Part shown: positions 35,716-47,309 of the stretch, in pieces | Position numbering within the stretch: position 1 is the first letter of the stretch | How the letters are laid out: every line of letters begins with the position of its first letter | NCBI GenBank assembly: GCA_054600435.1 | Contig: BAAIJX010000003.1 | Span: forward strand, 496,001-560,000 | Length of the DNA: 64,000 nt | Reading direction: 5' to 3' | Origin: Neophaeotheca triangularis | Taxonomy: Eukaryota | Program-made: the position numbers and the translations under genes | Notes under the pieces: generated by a model | What the model saw: the letters and a program-made list of their open reading frames with translations, nothing else | The model's database searches: none | Told to the model about the DNA's origin: nothing

Positions 35716-36381
35716 CTACACCTGAGGTTGAGTTCCTTTCTCGTTCAGAAGCTCTCGACCTTTTTCCAACAATTCCATGACCATTTGCCAATGACCAGTG
35801 TCGCTTGCGCACCGCCCGATCACCATGCCCAAGTTTTTGCACTGTTCGGCCCGTCCAAACTTGCTGTCCGCCGCCAACATGCAGTCCGACCAGCCATTGG
35901 TTACCATCTCGCCGTGACATCCTTTTGAATGTGAGTGCGCCGCGGCGGCTGATACTCTGAACTCAGCATAGCAGGCTGCCATACCGTCAAAATCGGCACC
36001 CCGGCCATCAGCTCTTCTCGTGGAATGATAATTATAGCACCTGTATGCTGAGAGTGGCGCGCAACGACCTTCTGCGTCTTTCTTCACGAGGCGAGGGTCG
36101 CACTTAGGCGTGCCTAAAGAGCGAGCAAGTTCCGGATGACTTGTGATTATTTCCTCGTCGAAAGACCTTGCCAGACAGAATGTATGTTCGAACGGTATTG
36201 CAACGCCAATCCGCTGGCTCAATTTGTCGTTCATAATCGATGCGAGATAGCTAATCACGAGATTTAGGACAAGCCCAGCTGGGTCGGCTAGTAGTTGTGT
36301 CCTGATCATCAACCATTTGAGGTGGACTTCGAGGAGTAAGAGCGTGGCGGTCCATGCCCAGAAGGCCAGGAACTTGCGCAT
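35716..36381 (-). CDS. Hypothetical 221-aa protein with hydrophobic N-terminus and Cys-rich C-terminal region
   Basis: ATG-initiated single ORF with N-terminal hydrophobic segments and 9 Cys; divergent from UTP15. Confidence 0.55.
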   Translation of the reverse strand: MRKFLAFWAWTATLLLLEVHLKWLMIRTQLLADPAGLVLNLVISYLASIMNDKLSQRIGVAIPFEHTFCLARSFDEEIITSHPELARSLGTPKCDPRLVKKDAEGRCAPLSAYRCYNYHSTRRADGRGADFDGMAACYAEFRVSAAAAHSHSKGCHGEMVTNGWSDCMLAADSKFGRAEQCKNLGMVIGRCASDTGHWQMVMELLEKGRELLNEKGTQPQV

Positions 36382-36743
36382 TGTTGGCGAGCAGAGCCTG
36401 TCATCGGATCTATATCGGCGTTGCGGTCAAAAAGGTGGTTCGGAAAATGAATGGCTCCAGAAGGCGATTGAATGCCGAATACAGTATTCGAGGTAGATGG
36501 ACAAGGATGAGGTGAGTGAAGTGAAGTTGGTCAGCCAAGTCAGCGTAGGGCAGGGCAGCCGGCAAGTCCAGGCGAAGCTCGGCTTCTCCCGTCCTTCAAA
36601 AGCACCGCACTCCGACACGACAGCTCGGGAAAAATTGCAGCCTCCAACCGCGCGACTGAGCTTGATATCAAACTTCGTAGAAGAATGTTCAGGCAGTAAA
36701 CTTCCAACTTCTCCCCCTTACACTCATCTTCTTCCTCTTGATC

Positions 36744-38402
36744 ATGGCTGCTGAAGTCCAGCCTCTACCGCTTGTGCGGGCACCAGCCGGGCCTGCACCC
36801 CTTACAGCTGATCAAGCTTACTGGAAAACTTTCAAGAACCAGCTGCTGTTACCATCGCCGCACAACAGTGGAATCACCTCGATTACGATCCCGTCTTTGA
36901 ACCCGACAGGCGCGCAATCCGACACATTTGCCGTGACAACTGGCGGACGAGTGCAGATTTACTCTGCTAAGACGCGCAAAGTTGTCAAGACGATCAGCAG
37001 ATTCGGCGTGGACGACACAGCTCGCTCAGGGGTGCTGAGAAGAGACGGCAGAATTTTGCTGGCGGGTGGTGATTCTGGGGTTGTACAAGCGTTCGACACA
37101 GGCTCAAGAGCTATCTTGCGGCAATGGCGAGGGGATTTTGGGCACAAACAGTCTGTCAATCTTGTCCGCTGGAAACCGGATGAACTCACCGAGTTTATGA
37201 GCTGCAGCGACGACCGTACCGTACGACTATGGGATCTCACAGAGGACGAAGCGAAGTGGACAGGCGTTGGTCATACAGACTACGTGCGCTCGGGCTGCTT
37301 CCTACCCAACCAGTCGCACATGGTGGTCAGTGGTAGTTATGACCAAACTGTGCGCGTATGGGATACTCGACAAGACGGAAGACCAGCCCTTACATTCAAG
37401 CATGCCGCTGCTATCGAAGACGTCCTCCCTCTCTCGCCAACTACTCTAGCAGCCGCTTCAGGAAACCAAGTCTCCATCCTCGACCTTGTAGCCGGCCGAC
37501 CCTCCAACGTCCTCCACTCTCACCAAAAGACCGTCACCGCTCTCGCGACCGCCCAAAACAGCTCGCGTCTCCTGACAGCAGCCCTAGACGGCCACGTAAA
37601 GATCCACAACACAACGAGCTGGCAAGTAGTCAGCGGTATCAAATACACCGCTCCTATTCTATCGCTCGCCGTAATCCCCAACCGCGCATCCTCCCCAAAC
37701 GAGCAAGAAGACCGCCACCTGGCAGTTGGGCTCCAATCGGGTCTGCTCGCCCTTCGGACTCGCCTCGCCGGCGCCGAAAAAGCCCGCAACCAAGAGCGTG
37801 AAAAGCGTATGACAGCCTTGCTGGCGGGCGAGGCCGACGAGTACGAGCGTAAGCAACGTAAGAAGGACATGCGCCAGGGCATTCGCGCAAGAGACAGAGG
37901 CAAAGATTTCAAAGGCGAGAGCGCGGATATCGTCATTACGGGCAATGAGCGGAGTAAGCAGAAGAAATTGAAGCCCTGGCAGAAACTCCTGCGTCAGGGC
38001 AAGTACTCGAGTGCGCTGGATATGGTGCTCGTACCCGAAGGCGGGCCAGGAAAATATAACAACGAAGATGTGCTCACTCTCTTCACTGCGCTTCGGCACA
38101 GAAGCGCCCTGAAAGTTGCCCTCGACGGCAGGGGCGCCGAGGGATTAGTCCCCATTCTGCGTTGGATTCTGAGATACGTGGCGGACCCGCGCTGCTTGCT
38201 GCTGGTCGTGGACGTACTGCTTCTGGCTCTGGACTTGTACGCGCGGGCCCTTGGGGATTGGGGGTTGGGTGGGAGGTCCGGGGAAGAGAGCGAGTGTGTG
38301 GACTTGATCACTAGGATTGGGAGGAGGGTGAGGCATAGCACCGAGGTTGCCCAGGATGCGAAGGTGGTTTTGGGTGCCGTAGATTTGATTGCGGCTGGTT
38401 GA
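36744..38402 (+). CDS. UTP15: U3 snoRNA-associated WD40 protein Utp15 (SSU processome)
   Basis: MAAEVQPL...YWKTFKNQ; WD40 repeats (SCSDDRTVRLWD, GHTDYVRS, SGSYDQTVRVWD, HQKTVT, LDGHVK); C-terminal ALRHRSAL..ALDGR. Confidence 0.95.
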   Translation: MAAEVQPLPLVRAPAGPAPLTADQAYWKTFKNQLLLPSPHNSGITSITIPSLNPTGAQSDTFAVTTGGRVQIYSAKTRKVVKTISRFGVDDTARSGVLRRDGRILLAGGDSGVVQAFDTGSRAILRQWRGDFGHKQSVNLVRWKPDELTEFMSCSDDRTVRLWDLTEDEAKWTGVGHTDYVRSGCFLPNQSHMVVSGSYDQTVRVWDTRQDGRPALTFKHAAAIEDVLPLSPTTLAAASGNQVSILDLVAGRPSNVLHSHQKTVTALATAQNSSRLLTAALDGHVKIHNTTSWQVVSGIKYTAPILSLAVIPNRASSPNEQEDRHLAVGLQSGLLALRTRLAGAEKARNQEREKRMTALLAGEADEYERKQRKKDMRQGIRARDRGKDFKGESADIVITGNERSKQKKLKPWQKLLRQGKYSSALDMVLVPEGGPGKYNNEDVLTLFTALRHRSALKVALDGRGAEGLVPILRWILRYVADPRCLLLVVDVLLLALDLYARALGDWGLGGRSGEESECVDLITRIGRRVRHSTEVAQDAKVVLGAVDLIAAG

Positions 38403-39505
38403 GGGGAAGATGTGGTGGCATTGTGCTAGATGAGACGGTACGGTTCAAGATGAGAGAGCGAAATCGGCAGATCCCATGGGCCTCCTGGCACGCGACACTG
38501 GCCGCAAGACAGATCCAACACTCGAGGCACCACACGAAGCTACCGGAGGTAGCAAAGCTGGTAAGCCTGTTGCTTCAAAAGCCGGAGCGGCCAGCATCTT
38601 GTCGCCAACATCATGGGCCGCCGAGAAATTTGGCACGTAGGACTTCACGATGCAAAGACGAGGCCGGGCTCAGGTTTCGGATTCCTCGGGCGATGCAAAT
38701 GCTCCTGCAAAGTTCACAAGCTGGCGTCTTCAAACAGCGCCCGAGTTGCCAGTCAGCCCTTCTCTCCACGATTTGATCCCTCGGTTGGCCTCGAGGACGC
38801 TAATACTTTAGCAATTGGCGGTTTGCTTTGGCGAAAATCCATTCGTACCCGGGCCAAGGATGCTGTTGAAGTGCTCTGTCGCGTGTGATGGCACGGTCGC
38901 TGTGAAGGGCGCATGGCTCCTCAAAAGACCAAATACCGCAGAAGCAGTTCGGAAATGATCGAGCGAACCTCATTCGAGTTCCGGGTCTTTGTAATGTAGC
39001 AGATGTAATAATAACCGTTTCGCTGTATGAACAATCGTGTACACTCTTCGATTACTGTACACTTCTGTGCTCCCTTTCCTCCGGAACTTTCAAATGGATC
39101 CACTTCCGTTCATGTGTAGCCATGTCCTAGTATTTGTACACGTCTGCCTCTCGTCGCGGCCCTAAATGCAATTGTGAGAGCCAGGCTTCTGGGCGCTTGC
39201 TGAGCTCTGATCCTCCAAACGCCAGGGAAGCCATGGTGTCCAGCTCCTTGAATCTCCCAGCGAAGCCGCAAAGATCGTCGCTCAGGCGCCTGGTAGGTCG
39301 CGGCAGCAATTCGCCGTCTCAAACCCTCCTAATCCACCCCAAGATTCCACCGCGCACACCACAGCCAGTCCAACCCTCAGCTCCACTCCTCTGAGCCTTC
39401 GACTCCCTCCCCAGCGCGCTCCAGCTCCCCCCATCCCAAACCCACCTTCCCTCCCCAAAAACAAAAAAAAAAACCTCCCCTCTCCCAGATCAAAACCAAC
39501 AACCC

Positions 39506-39799
39506 TCAATTCCTCAACCGATAAGCCCCCATGCCAACCAAAACCGCACTCAACGCGAAGACCCCCGCCCGCCGAACCCCCAACCCAAACCGCGACCCGC
39601 TCTTCAAAATCCTCTCCTGAGTCTCGCGCTCTTTCAGCTGCCGCGTCCCGCTCGCGTAGCTGTAAATGCCCAAGCCCGTGAAAGCGGCCGAGCCCATCAG
39701 GCGGCAGGGCATGCAGTCGTCGTAGTCGGCGCGGAGCGCGGTTTGGGTTTCGGAAGCCGGGATCGGGGTGCTTGGGAACTGGGGGTCGCGGGTGGGCAT
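39506..39799 (-). CDS. Small mitochondrial membrane protein, DUF4536/DMAC1-like, 97 aa
   Basis: DDCMPCRLMGSAAFTGLGIYSY motif, then a second hydrophobic helix ending GMGAYRL. ATG at 39799. Confidence 0.85.
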   Translation of the reverse strand: MPTRDPQFPSTPIPASETQTALRADYDDCMPCRLMGSAAFTGLGIYSYASGTRQLKERETQERILKSGSRFGLGVRRAGVFALSAVLVGMGAYRLRN

Positions 39800-40322
39800 T
39801 GTTGGGTTTGCTGGGCTGGTGGTTGGATTTGCTGGGCGGACGTGAAAGCTAAGGTAGGTGGGTGGTTTGCTTGGGTGAGGTGGATTGCTTCGAGGTGTTG
39901 CCAAGATTTTTTGCGGTTGGCGGCTTCACTTGACGGCGTCGAATTTTATTTTTATTTTTATTTTTAATTTGGAAAGGAGAGGTCGACTGTTCAGTTACAC
40001 GGGGAGATGTGAGCAGAGCAGTTGTTCTATATCTATTACAAGTAGACGATGTTTTGGTAAATAAGCCCGAGAAAGTTTGATAAACGAGTGCCTATATCTC
40101 CTACACGAAGAAGCGGAAGGCTACAGGCATTCTGTTCGTCCCATACCAAATTGTTCTAACGGAGCCAACACTTACAATATCATGAACACTACGAATTCAA
40201 CAACCTCCGAAAAAGACCCAGCCGTATCGACCACAGAAAATCCCCAGACTTCCCAAAGTATCCAACAGCTCAACATCTCCCATGCCATTCCCCACAATTT
40301 CACCACTGTCCCCGCTCCCTTC

Positions 40323-42068
40323 TTACTCCCCCTCCTTTCCTTTTACTCTAACCCTCAAATCCCCGTCCACCCCCATAATCCCGGTTCCGGTAAATTGCTT
40401 CTGCAACGGTGGAAACCCTTCCCTACCTCTGCCCTTCAAATCCACAAACCCCTCGACCTCGACCTCAAAAACCCGCAAAACCCACGCCAAACAGGTGAAG
40501 ACCTCTTGCTTGGCGAAAGTCCTACCGGGACAGATGGTCTTGCCGCCGCCAAAGGGGAAGAGTTTGCCGTTAGCGTTTGCCAGGGAGAAGATGGTTTCGT
40601 CGCTCTCTGGGTCAGTCGTCAGGAAGCGCTCGGGGTAGAAGACTGTGTGAGGGGGCGAGGTCCAGAAGGCTGGGTCGTGGTGGCCGAGCCAGGTGGGGGC
40701 GAGGATGGTGCTGCCGGCTGGGAAGAGGAGGGGGGCGGTTTGGTTTTTGTTGTCTTTGTTGTTGCTTTTAGTGGTGGTTTCTCTCGGATCTACGGTGGGG
40801 AGGACGGTGTCCTCGTCGCAGTGGCGCGTGATTAGGAAGTCCATGTAGATGCGCAGGACTTCGTAAAAGATGCTCTGGAGGAGGGGTTGCGCGGACATTT
40901 TCTCAATGTCTACGGCGCTGCCGTCGGGGAGCCAGCTTTTGGTTAGTTCGGTTTTCACGCGCGAGAGGAGGGTGGGATCTGCGGCCGGGTCCAGGATGTG
41001 CATGAGCATATAGGCGGCAGTCGGGATGGAGTTGGAGGATAGGGCGAAGAGAAAGCCGAGGTCTTGACTGGCTTTGGAACGCGCGTTGAGGTGGACTTCT
41101 TTGTACATGATGTGACGAGCACGGAGACAACGGGCTCCTAGGGCTGGGTCCCAGCGTTGGGGTGAGTCGGGGGAGAGGATGGGCTCAGTGTCAACTTGGA
41201 TGTGTTTGTGCCAATCTTGCAGGCCTTGGAGGAGCTTTTCGCGGACAGCGTAGGCGCCTGGGGCCATAAAGCGCGGAATACCGAAGAAGAGTGTCATGAT
41301 GATGTCGTCGAACTCGAGAAAGTCTTCGAGCATGGTTGGGTAGGCTTTGAAGAGTTCGGTACCCATGAAGGCTTTGGTCGAGGCTCTTCCCATCATTAGT
41401 TTGATCCAAGCGCAGACATCTATCTCTTTGCCTTGGGTTGGGACTTGTTTCTTGTATTCTCTGAGTTCTTCGACCAGCAATCGTTCAAAGTCCCTGTTCA
41501 GTCCGCACGCAGGTTCATGCTTGAAAAGGTAATTGATCATGATATTCTCTTGCTGAGCGAACCTGTCAACTCTCTTTCCATCCTTCCCAACGGTACCGCT
41601 ACCATCGCTATCAAAATATCTCACGACTTCCGACCTCTCCATGCCAAAGCCATCCACGAGTGCCTTCTCGGTCTGTACATGCCTGCTAACCTTGCGAGCT
41701 TTATACAGCGCCTGCAACGCCACGGGCGAGAAGAGAACATACATTCTCTCGCCGCCGAGTAGAACAGCCAACGCTCCCGCCTTGGTCGCATGATTGATGG
41801 CCAGGTAATCCCAAAAGCATCCGGGCGTCGGCGAAAGCAGTGAGAGAGCAGATCCCAGCCATGGTATCGTGTATGGCAGCCGCGGTGGCTGCACGAGCTG
41901 GTTGTTGTTGGGCGATTGAGACCACCTTTTGTAATCATATGTAGTTTTGAAGTTGGTCAAGACTAGCAGAAGAACACCCAGGCCCAGTAGTAAGGCGACG
42001 GGTTTTATTGGCACGTGTTGCCAGGTTGTTTGCAACGGTGCAGCGAGCTGCTGCATCCATGGCTCCAT
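40323..42068 (-). CDS. Cytochrome P450, CYP7/CYP8-like (group IV) type, intronless, 581 aa
   Basis: N-terminal anchor and PPRLPYTIPWLGSAL; I-helix FALSSNSIP; EVLR (ExxR); PERF; heme motif FGGGKTICPGR. Confidence 0.95.
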   Translation of the reverse strand: MEPWMQQLAAPLQTTWQHVPIKPVALLLGLGVLLLVLTNFKTTYDYKRWSQSPNNNQLVQPPRLPYTIPWLGSALSLLSPTPGCFWDYLAINHATKAGALAVLLGGERMYVLFSPVALQALYKARKVSRHVQTEKALVDGFGMERSEVVRYFDSDGSGTVGKDGKRVDRFAQQENIMINYLFKHEPACGLNRDFERLLVEELREYKKQVPTQGKEIDVCAWIKLMMGRASTKAFMGTELFKAYPTMLEDFLEFDDIIMTLFFGIPRFMAPGAYAVREKLLQGLQDWHKHIQVDTEPILSPDSPQRWDPALGARCLRARHIMYKEVHLNARSKASQDLGFLFALSSNSIPTAAYMLMHILDPAADPTLLSRVKTELTKSWLPDGSAVDIEKMSAQPLLQSIFYEVLRIYMDFLITRHCDEDTVLPTVDPRETTTKSNNKDNKNQTAPLLFPAGSTILAPTWLGHHDPAFWTSPPHTVFYPERFLTTDPESDETIFSLANANGKLFPFGGGKTICPGRTFAKQEVFTCLAWVLRVFEVEVEGFVDLKGRGREGFPPLQKQFTGTGIMGVDGDLRVRVKGKEGE

Positions 42069-43328
42069 GATGAACTTTCCACAGGAAGTGGCAAATGCAG
42101 TTGCTTACGTCCGTCGTGGAGGCATTGTTGATTCAATCCGCATGTAACTCGCAGCTTTGGCGTTGGTATGATGAGTTTTTCTTGCTTCAAAAGTGGCGAG
42201 AAAAGCCGTCACTTACCTGCAGTCAGGACTCAGCAGTCAAGAGAAACATGAATGAAGCATAAGGTAGCCTTCGTCCGTTTTGAGTTCACTGGCGCTATTT
42301 AGCGTATGTAATAAATTAATATCCGAGTCGAAGATTTAAGCCACCAGACCGTTTTTGGCGAGCGTGATTCCCATCTTGTTGGTCGCCATCCATCCTGGGT
42401 TTCGCCATTTAGTTATGGATAACGTTACGGGCTTCCGACTTTCTCGACCATCTCTTGGAGCCGCGTGGGATATGTGTGTGATTCTGGTGGTCTGGAGCAT
42501 CGCAATGGAAGGTGAGGTGTGGTCGAGCATCGCCGCATTCGCACCAAGCAAGGCTGAGAGGAAGGACGGGTCACGGGAGTCTTCATGTGATAGACGCAGG
42601 TAAATTTCGCCCAACTTCCAAGGTTATGTTTGGTTAGGTTATTGAGTCTATCACTATTCGCATTCATCCCCGGGCTCGTCCCGTTATAGCGGTGCTACCA
42701 CGTGCCTATGTGGCTCGCTGTTGCCGTACTTGAAGGTTAATAATAATAATATTAATGTACCTAAGAGCCGTTTCAGGTGGCTGTAAATAACTAGCTATTG
42801 GCTTGCTAGGTAACCTCGGGTTATGGTAAGGCACCTACCTCACCTCACCTGATACTTCTATTGTAAGCCAGCTAGTAGTACTGTATTATGGTAATACCTT
42901 ATGTAGTACATGAAATGATACCAAACAACCCGAATCCACAACTTACCTTACTAATTACTACGGCCGAAATGCAGGTGTACCACCTCATCACCTCATGCAA
43001 CATGCAACATGCGCCCAGTGACGTCTCAGTACACTGAGACGTACATTAGTAGGTGTTGACCGAGACCCACCGTCGTTCGCACGATCCGGGAACACCGAAC
43101 GAGGCTCGTGAGCATCCCGAAGCTTTGTCAACATCCAAACAACCTTAAGATCTGGAACGCTGCGAAACGACTCGGAGGCCAACTGACAGTGACACCTTGC
43201 TTCATCTTATCACACAGTACCTTGCCTACCGCTATTCATCTTTCTCGCACACATGCCCATCACACACATCTATTATCCTATGCCACCACCACGCTGACAG
43301 CGAACACCACCACCCCTCATACCCCGCC

Positions 43329-46300
43329 ATGGCCGGCATTGAGCAGATTGTGGTGCACAGCAAGGTATGTACCATGTAGCTTTGGCTAGCGGGACCCTGA
43401 TAGACATGGGTATGCGTGACGGCGGCCCTCTATTGACAACAGACATTTATCCCTAGAGCTACATAGTCCGCTGGATTAATGTTCCCGAGCACCAATCCAT
43501 CTCCTGGTCCATCCAGCCCCAGCGCAAGAGCATCAACTTCGGCATCTTCAAGCATCCTGGTACCAAGAACGGTCTGACCCCGAACTTCCCTCAGAATGAC
43601 ACCCTCGATTCCGCTCCGACCACACCAGCAGCTATACCCGCAGATGGCTCGCATGCAGGACCGAGCAAGACCCCTCGACGGGGCTCCGTGACTCGCAATG
43701 ACACGAGCACGGTAGTGGAAAAGCTGCAGGGCATAGGGCTCAGACCGGTTGCTTGGAACGGTCGCTGCGATGCCGACATAGTGTCCATGGGCCGGTACGA
43801 TGTGGTGCAGGGCGAGGGAGGCATGTACGGGCTAGTCTTCGACAATACATTCAGCAAGAACGTCTCCAAGACCGTTACGTTCGTACTCATGACACACCCT
43901 ACGAATGCGCCACCGAAACCCGGGCATCACTTGCATTATTCGCAGGCTTTTGCTGGCAGTCAGACGGCCACGGGAAAGGGAACGAGCCCGAGCTTGCCGC
44001 CTACGACTGTCTCAAGCGAAAGCTTGCCGCAGGATGCTGCGCTGCATAAAGGCATTCTGGAAGACCCTAGACCGAGGTCTGCGAGCGGCAAGGAGAGCAA
44101 AGGACAGGAAGGCTCGAGCTTTTATACTGGTGTGCTGCACAAAAAGCGCAGGAAGAAGGGGCAAGGATACGCTAAGAGGTTCTTCTCTTTGGACTTCACG
44201 TCTTCTACACTCTCGTACTACCAAAATAGGCACTCGTCCGCTCTGAGGGGTGCTGTGCCGCTATCTTTGGCTGCTATAGGTGCAAACGAGAAGACTAGGG
44301 AGTTTTCGATTGACTCTGGAGCAGAGGTGTGGCATCTCAAGGCGAGCAACAGGAAGGAATTTGATGGTTGGAGGAATGCATTAGAGCAGGCTTCTGAGAA
44401 CGCCACACTTACCGTCGAATCCGAGGCACCTTCCATTTCGTTGCAAAGCGCTCAGGCACCGAGATTGATCAATCCAGCAGAAGATAGCGAATGGGCGCGA
44501 GTGGAGCAGCTGGTTAGTAAAGTGGCAGGCACCCGGGACGCAGTGCGAGGATTTGCCAAGGACACAGACCCTAAATATGCGCCGGCCGGTGCACCCGTTG
44601 GCCTGGGGTTGAGGACTGCGGCATCTCGCGACAGCGTCGCTGGTAGCCCGTCTGAGACTTCTAGCGCTTCCTACTTTCCCGAGACCGACGGTCAGAATGC
44701 AGAGAAGCGTCCATTTTGGAAACGCAAACCGAGTGCCAGCACCGAGCGATCACCGTCTGGCCTCTTCAAAAGGACGCCCTCTAACCAACTTACTGTACCA
44801 TCGCCTTCGACTTCTATGCCGCCACCCCCGGTGCCGCAATCAGGATCGTTAGCAGTCCCGAAACGCGGTCGGACTTCGTCGCATAATACGATGCCCGAGG
44901 AGGACGTTCACGAAAGATGCATGGCTTTGCTGCGAGATCTAGATCACGTGGTCGCCGATTTCTCGTCATTGATCGCGCAAAGCAAAGCTCGCCGACACCC
45001 TCCCCTTCCTCGATCCAACTCTCGTTTATCAATAGACTCCGTAGCGAGTCAGGAATTCTTTGACGCCGAAGACGGGGGGCGCAGTCCATCTTATCTCCTC
45101 AATATCCGTCGCGGCAGTGATGAAGACGAAGTCGAATCTCCTGACGAACCAGCCGCTGACGCAGGCTCCGATGTCAACTCCGAAGCTTCCAGCGATGATG
45201 AGGAAGATTCAACTGCAGACTCCTCCATGCTCAAGCCGTCCCGCCAAACCCAACATAGTCTTTTCCCGCGTAAACCCGCGAAGCTCTCGCCACTGCCACT
45301 GGATGCCGCTCCACGTCGCCAAACCCTCCAACCTCCAAAACAGGCACCCCCCAGCATTATAGCCTTCCTCCGCAAAAACGCCGGCAAAGACCTTTCCACA
45401 GTCTCAATGCCGGTCACTGCCAACGAGCCCACATCACTCCTCCAACGCCTCGCCGAAGGCTTAGAATACAGCCACCTCCTCGACACGGCAGCCTCCTCAA
45501 ACCTTTCCCCGATCGACCGTCTTCTCTTCGTGACCGTCTTCGCCGTCACCGGCTTTGCTTACAATCGCGTCAAAGAGCGCGCAATCCGCAAGCCCTTCAA
45601 CCCAATGCTTGGCGAAACCTATGAGCTCGTCCGTCCAGACCTCGGCTGGCGATTCGTAGCGGAAAAAGTCAGCCACCACCCCGTGCGCGCAGCCTGCCAA
45701 GCCGAGAGCCTCGAGAACGGCGGCTGGACATTCACACAATCACCGCAACCTGTGCAGAAATTCTGGGGCAAGAGCGTAGAACTCAACACGGAAGGTCGCG
45801 CTCGCGTAGTGCTCCATTCCCCCAACGACGGCAATGGCGACTTCTACTCCTGGAGCACAGCGACGTGCTACCTGCGGAACGTCATTGCGGGCGAGAAGTA
45901 CGTCGAGCCGGTGCAGAGCATGACGGTGCTCAACGAGACCAGCGGCGCTCGGGCCGTCGTTTCTTTCAAACCAGGCTCCATGTTCAGCGGCCGCAGCGAA
46001 GACGTAAGCATCGCTTTCTTCGACGCGCGCAACGGCTCCGGCGACCAGACACCTCTGGCGCTCAGCGTGCAGGGCAAGTGGACCGACTCCCTCAAGCGCT
46101 CGGACACCGGCGAAACGGTCTGGACCGCGGGCCCGCTCGTCGCCAATGCCGCGAAAAACTGGGGTTTCACCGCTTTCGCGGCGGCTCTGAACGAAGTTTC
46201 GGCCATTGAGGAAGGCAAGCTGCCGCCCACGGACAGTAGGCTGAGGCCTGATCAGAAGGCTTTTGAGAACGGGGAAATTGACAAAGCGGAGGGTTTGAAG

Positions 46301-46504
46301 GCGCGGTTGGAGGAGCGGCAGCGAGCCAGGAGGAAGGTATTGGAGGGGCATGGGCAGGCTTGGGAGCCGAGGTTCTTTGAGCCCGTTGAGGGTGGTGATG
46401 GTGAGGGGGAGGTTTGGGTGTTGAAGGAGGGGGAAAAGGGGGGGTATTGGGGGCGGAGGGAAAGAAGGGATTGGGATGGGGTTGGGCCAGTTTTTGAGAC
46501 GTGA
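43329..46504 (+). CDS. OSH3: Oxysterol-binding protein Osh3 (GOLD, PH, FFAT and ORD domains), 1027 aa, 2 exons (43329-43364, 43457-46504)
   Basis: MAGIEQIVVHSK/SYIVRW across intron 43365-43456; LVFDNTFSK (GOLD); KKRRKKGQGYAKRFF (PH); EFFDAED (FFAT); KPFNPMLGETYE, EKVSHHP, PTDSRLRPDQ. Confidence 0.97.
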
Positions 46505-47309
46505 GGTCGGCAGTATTGAGTCTTTTGAGGGTTCGTTTGAGGTCAAAGGGGTTGAGATGGAGCGAAGAGTGGTTGCTCGGGGAGGGTTTGGATTATCTCT
46601 TGGCTGCTTGAGCTTGGAATTGGAGGTTGAAAGGGTCATTGATTCGTTTCTTGGTATTCTGCCGTCCCGATGCCCTCGCAAGTTGTTCGCCTTTCCAGCA
46701 GTACTAAAATTCCGCCGTCCATCTACACCGGTCCTCGAAGAGCGTGTCTTCCCGGGCAACCGACGAGGTTTGGCTCACGCCGCGAATCTTCATCCTGCTG
46801 ATTCTCAGCTGGTATCAGCAAGATAAGCACCGCGCAATGCAAAGACCAAAATCACGTGGCAGTCGGACGGTGAGCATCCCACGTAACTTAGGAGACGCTA
46901 CGAGGTTTGAACCTTTCATGTTGCTGGGAGAACAGAGTACTTTCATGAATTGAGCTGACTACGAGCGCCGCCCGGCAGATCTCAATTTCCCTGTTCCTCG
47001 GGATGTAACTATCGCTCTCGGAGAGTCCTTCAAGGTCAAAAGTGAGGTGGCAGATGGAGCGGAGCTCTGTCCTTGCAGGGGGTGCAGGGGGTCGAACTGG
47101 AACTTTGGGCTTGTCCTGTGGCACGTGGGATGGCTTCAGCAGAGACATCTCACTTGCGAAATTCGTCCGTCTTTTTCTCCCTAGGCTATACCTAGAGCAT
47201 CTGGAACGGTCATGAATGCCACAATCGGGTCTGCGAACCGAGGTGTGGTGATTTGCTCACTATGCCGTTCATGATCACGACTGTTGATTGCTTCAGCGTT
47301 GGGGCCGTG

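Noticed and set aside
36500..36730. PAC-like GATGAG/CTCATC and RRPE-like GAAAAATTG upstream of UTP15
   Set aside because: Short imperfect matches; plausible but not distinguishable from chance without comparative data.
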